Below are positions 1 through 27,872 of a DNA stretch of 64,000 bases, piece by piece. The stretch lies in contig CM082594.2 of assembly GCA_040954595.2 (NCBI GenBank), forward strand, positions 2,961,319-3,025,318, given 5' to 3'. A program made the position numbers and the translations under genes. The notes under the pieces are model-generated. The model did not search any database. It was not told the origin of the DNA and was given only the letters and a program-made list of their open reading frames with translations. How positions within the stretch are numbered: position 1 is the first letter of the stretch; each line of letters begins with the position of its first letter. Source of the stretch: Balanoglossus misakiensis. Lineage: Eukaryota > Animalia > Hemichordata.

Positions 1-1
1 T

Positions 2-200
2 TTCCGGAATGAGGAGGAAAAATTCCTTCGAAATTATTGAGTGCGTACAGCCGGTACCAACTAAATATTATTTCTGTGTAACACCATGTAAATTCACATC
101 AATCAACATCATTCGAATGGATTCTGGACTGCTGCTACAGACGTCATCACCAGCTTTTGCAATAACGGGATTTTACATGCCCCTGGCTAACTTCTTTCTT
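2..200 (-). mobile_element. Degenerate Ty3/gypsy-like retropepsin (gag-pro) remnant, runs off window start
   Basis: Minus-strand translation VNLHGVTQK*YLVGTGCTHSIISKEFFLLIPE resembles the retroviral aspartic protease motif LVDTG-x-x-x-S-I-I, with D->G and in-frame stops. Confidence 0.4.
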
Positions 201-485
201 AGTAAGTCACCTTCGATTTTTGACGAGACACGAAAACTCCTGACCGGACGTACACCAAATTGACTTTGCCGAAAAATGGGAGAGGCTGGCTGGATCTGGG
301 AAAATTTGTCAATAACCAATTTGGAGGTACCAAAATACCAAAGGTGAAAGCCGATATCGAGATCAATTGAAATGTAAAATTTCTACACCAGGCCCTTTCC
401 ATGTTGAGATCTGTAATAACTTACATAGAAGGTACACGCGAGTACACACCGCACATATTGTCTACTTATAATTTTTACTTATTAA

Positions 486-810
486 AGGGACAAAGTCTCT
501 CTTTCGCTGCCCATTTTCTATTATATACAAAACACCGTTTATATTATTTTACGTGTGGATATATAGTGAATCAACGTTCGACCACACACAACTTCCATCC
601 CGCTTGTAGACACGAGAGTGAAAAAACCTGCCAAAATGAAAAATCGGTGTTTACCGTTTATTCATTTTGGCAAGATTTTTACTCTCATATCCTACAAACA
701 GGATGGAACTTGTGTGAGGTCGAACGTTGATTCACTATATATCCACATTTAGAATAACATAAACGGTGTCTTGTATCTTGCAAACAAAATTAATGGGAAA
801 AAGACAGGGT
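486..810. mobile_element. Palindromic MITE, family K1 (TTAA-AGGG terminus), right end degraded
   Basis: Starts ttaa|agggacaaagtctctct. The left half is the inverted complement of the right half (gtgaatcaacgttcgacc / ggtcgaacgttgattcac). Homologous to 2055-2250 and 15314-15657. Confidence 0.8.
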
Positions 811-2054
811 GACAGCAAAACAAAGACTACTGACTTAACATTATACTCGGGCACTCAGACATAATATACAATAAATAAGACAACTGGTCAAAAAGTGACA
901 ACTGCAAACTCCCATTCATGATCATGCAAGTGTTGCAAGACATTATAGAAAAAAATGATGTTAGTGGCTTGCAGGGTAGCCACCAAAATACGTATGGCGC
1001 CGTAAAATTGACATTTCCTTAATTTTTTTAATGTTTTATATGTACTTAAATGACTGATCTTCTCCACATTTGCAATGACTCAGGCTGGAGGACACGGTCA
1101 GAGAGAAAATTCGTTGTGGTGAATAAATAGTTAGAGCCACACGAAATCGCAGTAACTTACCCTAGTCACTAGTGACTGTAACGCGAGTGTTGTTCTTCAG
1201 ACTATCCAAAGGCCAATGACTATGTGTTAATGAAAGAACATCTGAATTTATAACCTGACCTACATTGTATACTGTGGGCTCTTTGCCAAGCTATCAAAGA
1301 CTGCTTAGATATAATCATGGGCGAGTGTCAAGATTTGACCTGTCTTGTCATACAACTGATGTCTGTACGGTTTGTGGTGCAATCCACTAATCGTGAGATT
1401 GTATAAGATGAGGACACGCACCAATCAGTTTGTCAGTGCAAACAATATTACGAGCCTAAAACTGAATAAAGTGGGTCCTACGTCGCTTAATTATTTTGAA
1501 TTAATTAGCAGCTTTAAAGACAAAACCGCGGGCATTTTATCGCCATCCTTCCACCTTGCTACGATCAAGCGCCACAAGTCGAGTTTGAATCGACGCGTTT
1601 GAAACGAGTTAAAATGCCTCTATTTTGTTCATACTTTTCTAAGCTAAGAGTTGCATTGGACTTAAATATCACAATTTGTTTGAAGCTTTATAGGAATGGC
1701 GACTTTGAAATGACCTTCGGCTGTTCACTGAGTGGACTTTAGCGACATCATTTGTATCTTATCTCAGTTAAACTTGATAAATACCACGTCGAGATATTTG
1801 TAGAGGACAAACTGTAAGATAAAGACATGATGGATCGATAATATTGATCGGTAAGAGATGATATCTATGGTGACGATAGCTTTACCGTTGTTCAATTCAG
1901 CATGAGTCAAAATGTTTTTTATCAGCCAACAATTGAAAAATACATAGTTGCAACATCACCGCCAGTACGCTTGTTCGCGACTGCATTGTCGCCAATCTGT
2001 ACAATATAACAGCATGGGTCATTGTGATTTGGACTTGTGATTAGTAATGTTTAA

Positions 2055-2250
2055 AGGGACAAATACAAAAGTCTCTCTCTCTCGCTGCCCTTTTCCCATC
2101 AATTATGTTTGATACAAGACACCGTTTATGTTAATGTACATGTGTATATGTAGTGAATCAACGTTCAACAACACACAACTTCTATCCCACTTGTAGGCAC
2201 GAGAGTGAAAAAATCGCCAAAATGAATAAATGGTAGAGAACGATTATTCA
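2055..2250. mobile_element. Left half of a K1 MITE
   Basis: ttaa|agggacaaa...agtctctctctctcgctgccc...gtgaatcaacgttc aligns with 486-660 and 15314-15495. Confidence 0.75.
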
Positions 2251-4511
2251 TCTGTGCACAGACACGCACATTTCTTTTCTAAGTTCCCGGCGGCTTCGGG
2301 TCCCGCATTGTTCAAGTTCCTTATTACTATTAATTCGACGCAATACATGCGGCTATGGTGTGACTGATTGAAACATCTGCTTTAATTAGTGATCTGAACA
2401 ATCGACACCACGATATGAATTTTGGGATTTAGCTGCGAACCAACTCGGTCAATAACCCCTATCAAGAGCCAACACAGGTATTGCATTGTCCTCGATCCAA
2501 TTCAATTCAAACACGCACTTGACGATGAGTATATTCTTTAAGTCCACGTTGACGCGGTGCCGGAATGGGTTCGTCGGGATTTTAAGTCGTTCATTATATT
2601 CATCCTCACTTCGAACAGACGACTGCCTGCCATCAACAACAATCATCAGGAGTCTCCATGCTTGAAATCACACATGACAGAGAAGATACAACATCGACCG
2701 GGACTTTTTGAAACATTTACTATTTTTGCTAACGACCTTTGCCACGCTAATTAACAAAGTCCCGCGAGATTCCGCAATTTATTTTGGAATATCTGAAGTT
2801 TCGCCGATGTAAGAGGGTGCCGATATGCGAACACTAACCGAGTCCCTGTGGTATTTTGTCGGTGAGGGTCAAAGAGTTATTATGTTGACCCCGTTTAGTC
2901 AGTGGATGGTGCTCGAGACATACCAGGCAGGAGGAAATGAAAATAGGCTTTATATAAATGAACCCTGGGATTATTGTACCAGGCACCGCCAGCACTGTAA
3001 CGGATTCTAATTGACACATGGTGTCCGACCGTCACTGTAAACAATATTTTGCCGGAGTCGGTAGACAATAGCAAATAGTAGAACTCACACTAAATTGAAA
3101 TGTTCAAGGTTGGTATATATTGGAGATGGGTAACATTTGAATTTAATTTCATCCACCCATATGGCGAACTGACAATATCTAAACGACCAGTCATTCATCA
3201 GCAAGATATTACAAATGTAATTTTGTGATGTGCTTGACCAATACAATTAATCCAACTGTAGGTGAACTCATGTGTGATGAACCGGCGTTGCATATGGAGA
3301 CGACCTGTGGCCAAAAAATGTGGCTTAAACACATCAGAACAAAATAACCAAATAACCGGCGGTTTGGGATTCTTTTCCTGCACGCTGTAAACTCTATACA
3401 CATGCTTGGCATCTGTAGCAAACCCCCCCCCCAATCATTTTTTAGGATCTATGGTAATGTTAACGTGAAAACTGCCACCGGAGTCTACAAGAGACTATAG
3501 TTACTAAGGTATCAGTTATCCAGCCCAATGCTTTATCGGGGGGGGGGGGGGGCATGCAGAGAAAGATGTTCAGCTAGTTGAAGTCTGCCCTCTCACACAG
3601 GAAGTGTATATTTGTCTGAACTCTTTGTTTTATCTATTGCCGCAATTTTCTGCTTACTGCCGATGCGGTCGGTCTGTTTGTTCGCCGAGTTACTTTTCTG
3701 TAGTTTCGGGAGAGTCTTACCAAAGAAGTAAGAATCAAGAGAGCCCTTATTCAAATCCGCAATTTTGAACTTTGACAGGTCAAACGTCAAAAGGGTGGCA
3801 TATCTCCTCAAATCAGAGTCGGCCAAAATGCGGGTACCACTTAAGGGCAGTGCGGCCAAAATCTGTACCCCAAAGGACACTTTTTTTATGTCGCCTTAGA
3901 TTTAAGTCGGGTTGACTGATGGGAACGTGACTCGTGACTACTTTGGAAAGAAATTAAATTTACAATTATAGTTACAACGTAATTGTGACCATCCCTCCCA
4001 AGATCTGATGGTCCGTCCCTTCTCCTCTGATTGAATGTGATCCCTCAACGGCCTATCCTGCGAGTCGACAAACGGTGTGCAACATGTAAAGAGCGTGAAA
4101 GCGAGCCGCGGGCTGTGAGAGTCTAAACACATGACTGCATTCGAGTCATCCACGAAACGAGGCCGTGTGAGACATAATAACGATTGGATTGCTGTTAAAA
4201 GGGTGATAAATGGAAACATTGAACGGTCGTATTTACCGACGGCGCTGTTCGTCGTTCTTGTCGTAGGAAATTCAGTAGAACATCGATAAGCAAATGTGTT
4301 CGAGTGCAAACGTTGGCAATCAAGATGTAAACAAGAGTTACATTGTGTACCTGGGTTTTTCTCGTCACGTGATGTTTGCATGTCAAGGTTCGGTTAACAT
4401 TGCAGCAGACGTTTGCAAATAACAGAAAAACAGGGGTTTTGGATACAAACTAACCAGGTTGAGTCCTGCGAATTTACAACAGGGCTGTTCAACTGATTTC
4501 GAAGCCTTGTC

Positions 4512-17475
<12,964 letters not shown>

Positions 17476-18140
17476 ATGTTTAATTAGTGGTCACGAAATG
17501 TTGACATAAATGTACATGTATTTCACATTGACGCCAACAGCAGGACTAAGTTGTATTAAAATCTTCTACCCACATGTTTAATCTAACTGTCCTGTGCTTT
17601 TTATACAATTTGATTGCTACGTGTAAAATTGTAACATTGAAGTTGGCATATGACAATTGTTGAAACGACCAAAACGGGCCAAAATGAGCCATTCCATCGC
17701 TTTTATTGACAAAAAATGTGACTCATTCATGTGGCAAGTGTATTTGACAAAATAATTTTCCAGAAATAACAGGGTTAAATTTGCAAAGATGTTCATCCAT
17801 ACATGCATCTTAGGTAAATGCAACCATAATTTTTCTGATATTGTATAATTGATCAATATAACATATACACTTGCATCCGGGTTCTGCCATAATGTTAAAC
17901 CAAACAAAAGTAAAACAATGGACCGCATAAAAACAATTAGCCCCAATCTGGTGAGTAACCTTGTCCAATGCAATTTTCTTCCAGTAAACGGTTTTAACGA
18001 TATTCAACAACAAAAGAAAACCAAACCAACTCAATTAACCATCAAAACACATGAACTCATGAAAACGCAATGCATATCAAGATATAGTGGTAAATATAGG
18101 TCAAAACAAATGCAATCGAATAAAATTCTTGTAATTCAAT

Positions 18141-19555
18141 CTAACGCCTAGGCGACCATACGCAGAGAGTTTTCCAGGAAGGCCACTGAATACGATTTCT
18201 TAACCAGGAGGTCCTCTTGGTAATCCCGGTCTTCACATCCTGTATTCCGATTTTCTTCCTCATTACAAATGCTGTGACCAATGCAATGACTGCGACTATG
18301 GTCATGCTAACAACTATCCCGCTAGCAATGCCAACACCTCCGATGACCGGGGCTGTAATGGTTGTCTGTAATGTGAAAGAAATAATTACATGCGAAATTC
18401 AATGCAAACTTCGGTGCACGTAATACGGAACCAAGCGAGACGTGTTCGGCTTATCCGTTCAAGGAAATTTATTATCTTATATAGTGGTGTAAGTGGGTTC
18501 ATATTTAGTCACCTGGAAAATTGTTCTGGACAATTACATCAGAATATTAATTGGTTGGTACATACAAGTGTGTAATTATTTTATTAATACTGGTCAATTT
18601 AAACATAAATATAGTTCAACCAGAGCAACGTATTAGACATTAGATGTATGTTTAATTCTGGATGTTGAACCATTAATAGTTTTCGCGAATAGGATTGCCA
18701 AACTAGCCCTTCACAGACCATAATAATACTCCCTTATCCCCTAAAATTGGTAAAAATCCACAGTTTGTGAGAGGTGTGAACGTCTTGGTCAGCGCACTGA
18801 ACGAAATTGATTAGAAAGATGGGGGTGTTTATTGGAGGGCAAATATTAGGCACCATTCAGCATATGGCATGTTAATCACTGATTTTTCTCATGTGGACTG
18901 GGAGGCGGCTAACCTGCAAACCAAACCTTCTCATAAACATTAAGAAAAATATTCCCCCATAAAACAATATCCTATTTTCAAACTAATTGTAAGCATGATA
19001 AAAAAACTCACTTACGGGCCGCATGTCCGTTATATGAACATTTGATGACAGGTGGTGTAATATAATATAAGATTTGGATAAACACAAAATAAGACCATGC
19101 ATAGATTTTCGTTTTCTAAGCGAGTTATAAGCATATAGGCAAAACAATACAGATTATTTTTGTTATGTATACATGTTTTGACTGGAAAATAACTATAAAA
19201 GATAACTTTGAATCTAGCAACTTATCTTACTGTTGGTATTTTATCAGCAGTGAAATGAAGTTCTCCTCCAGTGGTCTTCATGGCGTTATTGTACACATTC
19301 ACCCTGAAAATGCATTCAATGCCATCTTGGTGCAAACTGGTTATTTTGTCGAGATCAATTGTTACACGGTAACTAGAATAAAAACACAAATCAAGCTCCT
19401 CTTGATTGAGACAGTGACATGTTGCTGGAGTACACTCTACGTCAACGGATTCCTGTGGAAATATATACAACTATTTAAATGGTATTTTAGTAGATTCTGA
19501 CGGTATTATTAAACGGAGTGATGTGGTGCCGTATTAAAAATGATTAATTGTACTT

Positions 19556-19641
<86 letters not shown>

Positions 19642-22600
19642 TAATTAATTGAAGCCTATATGTGTTCTCTCATTATTACCTTTCTGTACGTCCTGTTTAT
19701 TTCACCGTCTTCGTACGTTGTCTGGTTATGTGCATTCAATAGTTGCCATCGCACAGCACTGATACCGCTTTCGTCATCATGTGTGCCTATGATAAACCTA
19801 TTGAATAAGAAATTAAAGACACATGGAATTCGCAAATGAACGCCAAGTATATTTGTTCAGAATGACAAAATTCCACGACCTCAACAAGGTTCATGTGCTA
19901 TTTTTACAAGAGTATTGACATGTGTAGCAGAGTACTTCGTATCACGAGTGAACATATTTTCTGTATCGCACTGATCACGCGTAGAGGTCACGGTCTCCTG
20001 TTCGTTTGTATATTCCCCTACATGTTACGAAATTTAAAGTTTGCCGAGTTTGATTTTCAGTAAAGTGAAGCGTAGGTATAAACGCAACAACCAGACAAAA
20101 CCCTATATTCAAATTCAAGTTGGCCAGTCTCAATTAAATCGCTAAAATGAAGACTTACGTCACATAGTTGCTGTTATTTGCCTCTGCGTAATCTTGCATA
20201 CCGGTCACGTTTTGGCAGAAATAATTAATCTCAGTGATTACTGGTGTGGATGAATCGAGATAGATTTTAGCGGTGTCCACCTTGTTATTTCCCATCACAT
20301 CGAATGCCTTCAGCCAGATTGTGATATGATCGCCGCTTGCAGCCGTGATTGTAACGTTTTTCTCTGTCTGTTGGTGGACAGACCAGTAAAATTAAAGAAT
20401 ACATGTACTTAGTGTTGAAAATCTAAACTACACCAACATAATCATGTAGACTTTAAACTTTGGACAGTGTTTTAGGCCTACTAATTGCAAAAAAAACATA
20501 TGTTGTAAACCACCGGCATTGTCTAAAAAGCTCTCCTTCACGGCAAATTTTGAAGTATGAATGAATTCAGTTTTGGTGTCACCTGTGTGCCTTGGATAAT
20601 ACTCCATGCAGGGGTTTCCCCTGATCTCGCAACAGAAATTGCAAGTTCAAAGCGAATAACGCCCTCTGTATTGGGTATGGCCTCTCTTGATCTAGATAAA
20701 GGAGGTTGCCCAGTAGTCTCATCATACCCAGCAGGCAATGGTGGGTCAATTTCTTCGATAGCTGCAAGAAGGTGCCTGTCTCGGTGAATGGAATTGTAGA
20801 AATGACCCGTCCACATTAAAGTGACCTGTAAAGAAAATAAGCTATAGTCACCTTAAACAAAACAACAGGGGCATCATTTGGCTGCTGTTACGTCGATGAC
20901 TTCAATTTCCAGATGTTTTATTGAGTCATACTCAGGGTTTCACTAGTAGCCAAGAATAGATGACACTACGGCATTTTCCTGTTGGAAAACGACAAACAAA
21001 GACTTTTTCTTACCAGTAATATGAAAATCAAAACACCTTTGTCTGCATGTCTTAGTACGCCATCAGACGGTAATCCCTAGTGTACATGGCTTTGTAACAG
21101 CTGCGTGGTGTACCACACATAACAGGCTCTTCAAATTATATTCAAATTGTATAACCTACCTACACATCCACCCATGGAGAAGAAACAATCTTTAATAGGC
21201 GAAGCCAAAACGCAATAGTGTTTGATCGATATTCAGTCAGGATTTAGGAGAACCGATACATTAGTACAGGTGGATATTGTTGACATCACTGTTAATACGC
21301 ACCTGACCTTCAACAATCCCAAGCCACAGCACTCCATTATTGATAACGGCATCTAATGCTGTGATATATTTTGTGGTATTTGTGGAAATTGAGCTTTCGT
21401 CGTCGTACATAATGAATCTTCTGGCCTTTGCTGTATTGCCCACGTTGTCAACTACACTTAAAATTAACGCATAAAGTCCTTCAAATAAAATTAAGAAAAA
21501 TAATTCCAATATAATCTTTATTGTAATGTTTGTGTCAGGTGTTGGTAATTGCTGATGAGGTTAAAACAAATGCGCCATCGAAAATGCCATCTTCTATCAT
21601 TTTAAACGTTGTATGTGTTTAGTGATGTAAAAGAGGTGAATCACAGTTCTTAGAGTGCGACCGAGAATTAAATAACTATTATGTATGAAATGGCAAGTAT
21701 GCTTTTATTGCAACCATTCTCGAATTTTAAACAATTATTAAAAACCCATTAGATATTATGTCTCTCATAAATTGTGAACGTCAGTTTCTTATCTCACATG
21801 ACAGAAAAACAATCCCCGATGTTCAATGTCAACGTTTAAGCCTATTTGTTGTTTTCAACATAATTATGCACTGTTCAAAATGGCTTCCATTACTAACCTG
21901 ATTCTGGTAGCTCAATAACAGTTTGGAAATCTGTTACATTGCGGGTCTGGCCTTCGGGGTATGGTGCATCAATTCTGTGTTCCATAGATTCGGGGTTAAT
22001 GTTGAGTCGGTATGCTTCACAGATAACGCTACGAATACCCGATGAATCGTCTCCCCAGTTAGTCAGATTCCAGCTGACAGTAACAAGGTTCTGTCAAGAT
22101 CAAATAATATTGCAGACGCCATCAGAAATAAACTAATCTGGACGAAAGTTGAAGTGGTGGGAGTAGTCGCAATCATCATCATCATCATCATCATCATCGT
22201 CGTTGCCATTGTCCTTTTCAAATTAAGACGGTGAAAACAACTTGATGGTCATGATTCAAAGATACAGACCAGGCGAAGTGCATTAAAGCCCCATTCTACA
22301 GAATTTCTGCATTTTGTTTACCTCAAAACATCTTTCCATTATCTTTGATATTCTGTTGGGTTTCATCTATTTAGCCAAACACTTGACCAGCATGACGGTA
22401 GAATGAGCATAACCATTGAATGGGTTATGCTTCATAGAAATTGCACTAGTATAGGTTATTGGGTAATCGCATACGATTGAATTGTGTATGAAACAAGCAA
22501 CTTATGCTGTATTTGAGAAGATTATCTCTATCTTGCCATATTATGAATAAAGCACCATGGCAAGTACAGCTGGTGCCCAATAACACATTCTGTGCTGTGC

Positions 22601-25600
22601 TGTCTTACACATTATATGACCATGCAGTTAAATAGACATACATTCGTTTCCTACGGAGCATTCCTCACCAGAGTGCAGAATCGGTGCATACAAGTTTGAT
22701 ATATGTTGGTGTCAAGGAAACTTTCACAAAGAGCACACATTATTCAGCACCAAATAGAATATCTGATCCAAATAAGCCTTCTTTTTATCTCAAATCGGTA
22801 ATGGTTTTGCACAGAGCAACGTGACAGTTAACATGGGTGGTACTTTTTACTATGTCTTGCTATGAGCTGTATGAGCGCTGTATACGAGATAATGATCGTG
22901 AATGTAAAATCGTGTAAAATGCCTTATACATTCTATACAATGAGACTTGCACTGAAACCTGGTACTGAAAACGTAGGTCAATACCTTAACTGTATAAAAG
23001 TGTATTGTACCATTAATGTGACAAATAAAATAAAGACGTTACATTTTTGGTGTATACTTCGTTAATCGATATAATATCTGCTTCACACGGAGTTGACACC
23101 CCCTGACAGTGCTGAGGGGGCAGGAAATCAAATATAACAGTGTTCGATAAAATGGTCTTCTTTTGGGAGTAGTAAAGAGCATCGTTGATGGTGACGACGT
23201 CTGGATCATCATAGTTGTTGATTTTGATGAAACCACCAGTATCTGACCAGACTGTAAACCACAATCTAAAATGTTCAAAAAATAAATGTATTATGTAATT
23301 TAACTGTACATTGGGTTGCTGTAAAGTATTCGGTATCACTTGGAAAGGGCGCTGAAATAACTTTCTCCAAGATTCTCCTTTGTTAAAATCCTGGTTCCAA
23401 ACAACCGGACAATACTCACGCATCGTTGTGTTGTAGGTCGGTTTTGATGACCACCGAATGGTTACATTCCTTCGCTGTTATCTGTGTAGACAGTATGTCC
23501 ACCAGTAAACAGTGCTCATTTCCACCTTCCAAGGTTGTGCTGCCTATAATATGCAATCACAAAATGGGTGATTTTAAAATTAATGCATTCAATACTTACT
23601 TGAATTACATCATAATTCATAATGTAGACTGTTTATGCATACATTACATGCATACAAACGGTAAACATATACCTTACTGCAATTAGCAATTAATTAACAT
23701 GGCATAGCCTAATAATATTCCATAGCGCATCCAGATGTCTGTGAGATGAATACCTGTCTTATATTTCATCCAAATGACGCCGTAGTTTCAGGGGTGTATA
23801 AATAATGAAAGTTCATTTACATGAATATTAGCTCTTTAAGGACATGGCTGGTATAGTACCATAGTAGTCTTGTGAGATCGACATCTGCAGATACTGTCAA
23901 AGTGAAAGATTTGATCTTATCTTTGATAAGGGCGCATTAATATGGAAGGCACACCCATCACAATGTAATCCGTTCTAGTCAACTCCAAATCAAAACCTTT
24001 CCACAGAATTTAGTTCCAGTTTGTTGAGTCGCTCTCGAGATATCGATGACACAGACAGGCAGAACGACGGACAGTCTACTTGGTATAACATCAGCTCCCG
24101 TGTTTGAATACGGTAGCTAAAATTATATTCCAAAGTTTCAATTTGTGATGAGGTGTGTAATACTAAAGTACTGTTACCTCTCTGCAAGTTCCATTCAAAG
24201 GCTGCTTCTACAATTCCAAAGCCTACACTATTGATGTAGTACGGGGGTAGATATTCCTCGAGTGACGGAGCGAATGTTGTTGTCCACTTTAAATCAAAAT
24301 TTCCGGGACTTGTTGAAGAGAAATTTGAGGAAGTGGTTGACATGCACGTGACATCCTCGTAGTTTGAAATGTCATTTAGTCTCACAACGCAGGAGGGTAT
24401 ACTTGGTCCAGTGGTCGCTTGTAAGGGTGAAAATTTATGGGGGTCAGCATGCAGCATTACACCGGAATGAAAGATATGGTTTTGCCTTCTGCATTGTACT
24501 GTAATACACCGTGATTAGGAAGAAAGTACAAATGTAATGTGATCGTCCCGAATAAATGCAAAAACATTCAATGTATTTATGAAAACATATACATACAAAA
24601 TACTAAGCAATTTACCGGTAAGACAGTTTGTTCCTGCAAAACCGGGCGCACATGAGCATGATGCCGGCGTACCTGGACATCTACCCGGATAACAAAACTT
24701 GCTGTCGGGTCGCCATGAGCATCTCTCTGGACGTTTGAAATAGAAAAGACAAATGTGTAATTAAATATTTATAATTGTTCCATAGGTTTAACTCAAGTCT
24801 GTCAATTGTTTCATAGAACTTCATTGTTTTTCTCCGAAAAAGTCCCAATACTTACGTTCGCAAGCTCCGTTAGAAATGCCATTTCTGCTCACCAGTTCAT
24901 ATGCTTTTCTGTCCCCACCTCTATCATACTCACATTCCATGCAATATTGGTTTGACGATGTTGAACATCTGGTGTTAACACAGTGAGATACCGAACTACA
25001 AGCTGAAAGGGGAAGAAAGACTACGTCATCGTTTTGTCTCATTGAAGCAATAGACATAATCCAGAATAGTAGAGAACATCTCCGGGTATGATTCTATATG
25101 AAAAGTAGAATATTTAACTGTTTTGAACTAAACCATAACAAAAACACAAGGCTGATAGACAAGAAAATGTTGCACCCTTTTAAAGGTATGCGTTCACCTG
25201 TGTAAATGTAACCACTGTTACTATGGACAACTCAAATATAACAGATTTTCAGCGGGTGTCGCACACGAAAGAAAGTGTTCCACCACTGATCTCTCGAACA
25301 CATAGACACGCATTTTGACCATATATAGGCATATGTAAATTAGAGGTTACGTACACCTCATTAGCCTTCATGCTTGAAGTCATGAATACTATGATGATTA
25401 CATATCAGAATGTAAGCTTGCACTCAAAATACTTCATTAGCAAGATATTGAATAAAACGAAGGACCAATTTAAAAATCATACATGCTCATATTTATATGG
25501 AAATTAAAGCCCCAGTATTTCTCGTGTGCATCCATTTTTCATCATCGAAAAAAGCCCGTTTTTCCAGTACATCCATCATGGAATACTATATAATGAAGAT

Positions 25601-27872
25601 GTAAGAAAGGTTTGGGCAATTGTAGCTACATGCAAGCCGAAAATATCGCCCGTAACACTTGAAATGATGCGCGGGTTTGTTTACAACGGAAATGTTGTAC
25701 ATGTCGATCAGCAAACGTGCCACTTTGACATTTTGATGGTCAGACCATTTTCGGATTTGATCTGGTTCCATCGACTGATTTCTCCCATAAAGTTATCTTC
25801 CCAAAATTTCGCCGAATTAGTGCGCATTTCTTCGCTGAGTCGCTTGATTTGGGGCGACCAAACCTCTTCCGCATAGATTCACATTTGAGTGCGCATGCGC
25901 ACTAGTCACGTGTGTCAACATTAGCCTGACTCACGTGACTTTCTGTCCGGACAGAAAGTCATTCTTCACTCGTTATATTGTAAATTGTATGAGTTTATCA
26001 GCAGAGCTGGGGATGATGAATGTTCGATTCAGTATCAATTATCATCTACTTTTAGAAATTATAGATGCCGTTTCAAACAAAATTTTGCCCCTACGAGAAA
26101 TACTGTGGCTTTAACTGGCCACCTCTTGTCAAATTGGTAGACAAGACATTGCTTAACGGCGAGGGGTTCTTAAATACTTCAATTTCCCATTAACCTGTCA
26201 TATTCCCACTTTCTTTCCAGTTGGTATAAATAAGGCTACCACAAAATTTCCCACAGTAATTCCGCATATTCGCGCAATTACGAGCGAAAAACTATATTAA
26301 CGTCAAAAACGAAACGCATGCCGACCACAAAGGCGCCAAAATTAGAGATATTTAGCTGGGCATTGCTCGTCTCACGCCCGCTCCATATTTTCCACGACAC
26401 TTAAAAGGAAAAGCCGGAAAACACTGGAGCTAAGGAATTTCAAGAAGTTCCATGCTGGTGTGTAGTTCCCGAAAATAGTTCAGCAGCTAGGACAAGTATT
26501 AATACTTGGTCTTTAGTTAGGTCAGATTCATCTCGGTGTCTCTGCCCTTAGTATTAACAATCGAAAATATTTTCTTGGGATTCGGCGAGAGTATTTCTCT
26601 AATGGAACAGCTTATTAAGACCTCTTGCAAAACCAGGCGAGTGACATTTCCGTAACAACATTCCTACCCCTGGAGACCTCTTTCCCAAACATGTCCTGTG
26701 CGTGAAACTCCGAAAGCTAAACAGTAGCGCTTACCTTTGCATGTGTTTGAACAATACCCAAAGCAACTTGAAGTTTGGTACCTGTATTCCTGACCATCTG
26801 CAACTGCTCTGTACTGTGTTCTATAAAAGTTTAAATATATATGGGGTGACTGAGATGTTATTTTATGCCTCCGTAAGATAGAGTCGCAGCAACATTCATA
26901 AATGCAGGAAATGAAAGATCGGGAAAAAAGAATAATAACTTGAGAAAGCAGGGGTACAACTAGATCGAGTAAGTATCATTAATTCATTCATTCATTCGAA
27001 CGCAAACAGACAAACAAACAAGGTCATAATCAAATAGTCAAAACGCCGAACATGTTATCCGTTTCTAAAGGAATATTCAAAGCGAGTCTCTTGAGGGTTA
27101 ATGATTGATCTCGCCACCAGGATTTCAGATTAAAATGTAGAAGATCGCAAATTTAAACTGTAATCTTACCTGTAATATGAACAATACATATAACACTGAT
27201 TTAACAGAGTCCTCGCACAACACAGTGATGTTCTGTATTGACCCACCAGCTCTGCTTTGTATCGCGTTACCACAACAAGTGTTGTACAGGTGTTAGGCCT
27301 TGGGAGCGATAGAAAAGAAAGTAAAAATCTTGTTAACAGAAATGGGGTTTGACTGCATACACACTGCCTGTCTATTTGTCTCCACGAGGGATGTAATCTC
27401 GGACCACAATATTGATGACGCCGAAGCCACACGCGAGGTTATCATCAATATTATGGTCAGAGAGCACATATTGCTCTCGCTAACATGTGTTATTATTTAA
27501 ATGTAGTACATCGTACATGTACATGTATATTCATTTTAGAATGATTGTGGTATGTATAAAGAGATATATCTATAATAAGCGGTTTTTGCATGTCGTCAAT
27601 ATCTCTATAGCGAGATATATTACGATCTCTTTTGGCCTACTTGCAATCTAAGATTGCTTATACATGTATATTGACGCGTCTATATAGTAATATTTGTCAC
27701 ATTTTTGCCCCATTTAATCACACGAACACTGACCGTAGTATGGTATGATATTGATTTATGTGTTAACTATATTGCAACGATTCCAAATAATTCAAAACAC
27801 TTACCAAGCACAATAAACAGTCGCTACCAGACAGACAAATAGAAATGGGCCACTATTCCGCGAGAATACCAT
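18141..27872 (-). CDS. Type I single-pass membrane protein with EMI-like, Cys-rich/EGF-like and several unassigned beta-sandwich-like extracellular modules (~837 aa)
   Basis: Phase-consistent minus-strand exons: 27872-27805 (signal MVFSRNSGPFLFVCLVATVYCA), 27298-27170, 26820-26735, 25002-24856, 24726-24616 (CYPGRCPGTPASCSCAPGFAGTNCL, EGF-like), 24417-24178, 23543-23420, 23265-23043, 22090-21898, 21478-21303, 20825-20583, 20367-20159, 19797-19680, 19452-19231, 18365-18141 (TM GVGIASGIVVSMTIVAVIALVTAFVM, then RKK and a ~39 aa tail); total 2514 nt, open. Confidence 0.85.
19557..19636. repeat. (AG)n microsatellite
   Basis: Direct read, ~40 units. Confidence 0.95.
25184..25358. mobile_element. 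Diverged, inverted copy of MITE family K2
   Basis: ttaa|aggtatgcgttcacctg ... cagattttcagcgggtg is the reverse complement of the K2 core cacccgctgaaaatc. Confidence 0.65.
25508..26110. mobile_element. MITE family K3 (~600 bp), TTAA target duplication
   Basis: ttaa|agccccagtatttctcgt ... acgagaaatactgtggct|ttaa. Confidence 0.85.
27385..27497. repeat. Hairpin fragment of the same family as 54995-55175
   Basis: gaccacaatattgatgac ... atcatcaatattatggtc matches the core of 55040-55120. Confidence 0.7.

Noticed and set aside
19016-19115. Possible extra minus-strand exon ending in a GTAAG donor
   Set aside because: It would end in phase 1, whereas the flanking exons join directly in phase 0; no convincing acceptor.
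26820-27805. Apparent TG|A stop when the signal exon is spliced directly to 26820
   Set aside because: An intervening exon at 27298-27170 restores the frame (TGG ... AGA).
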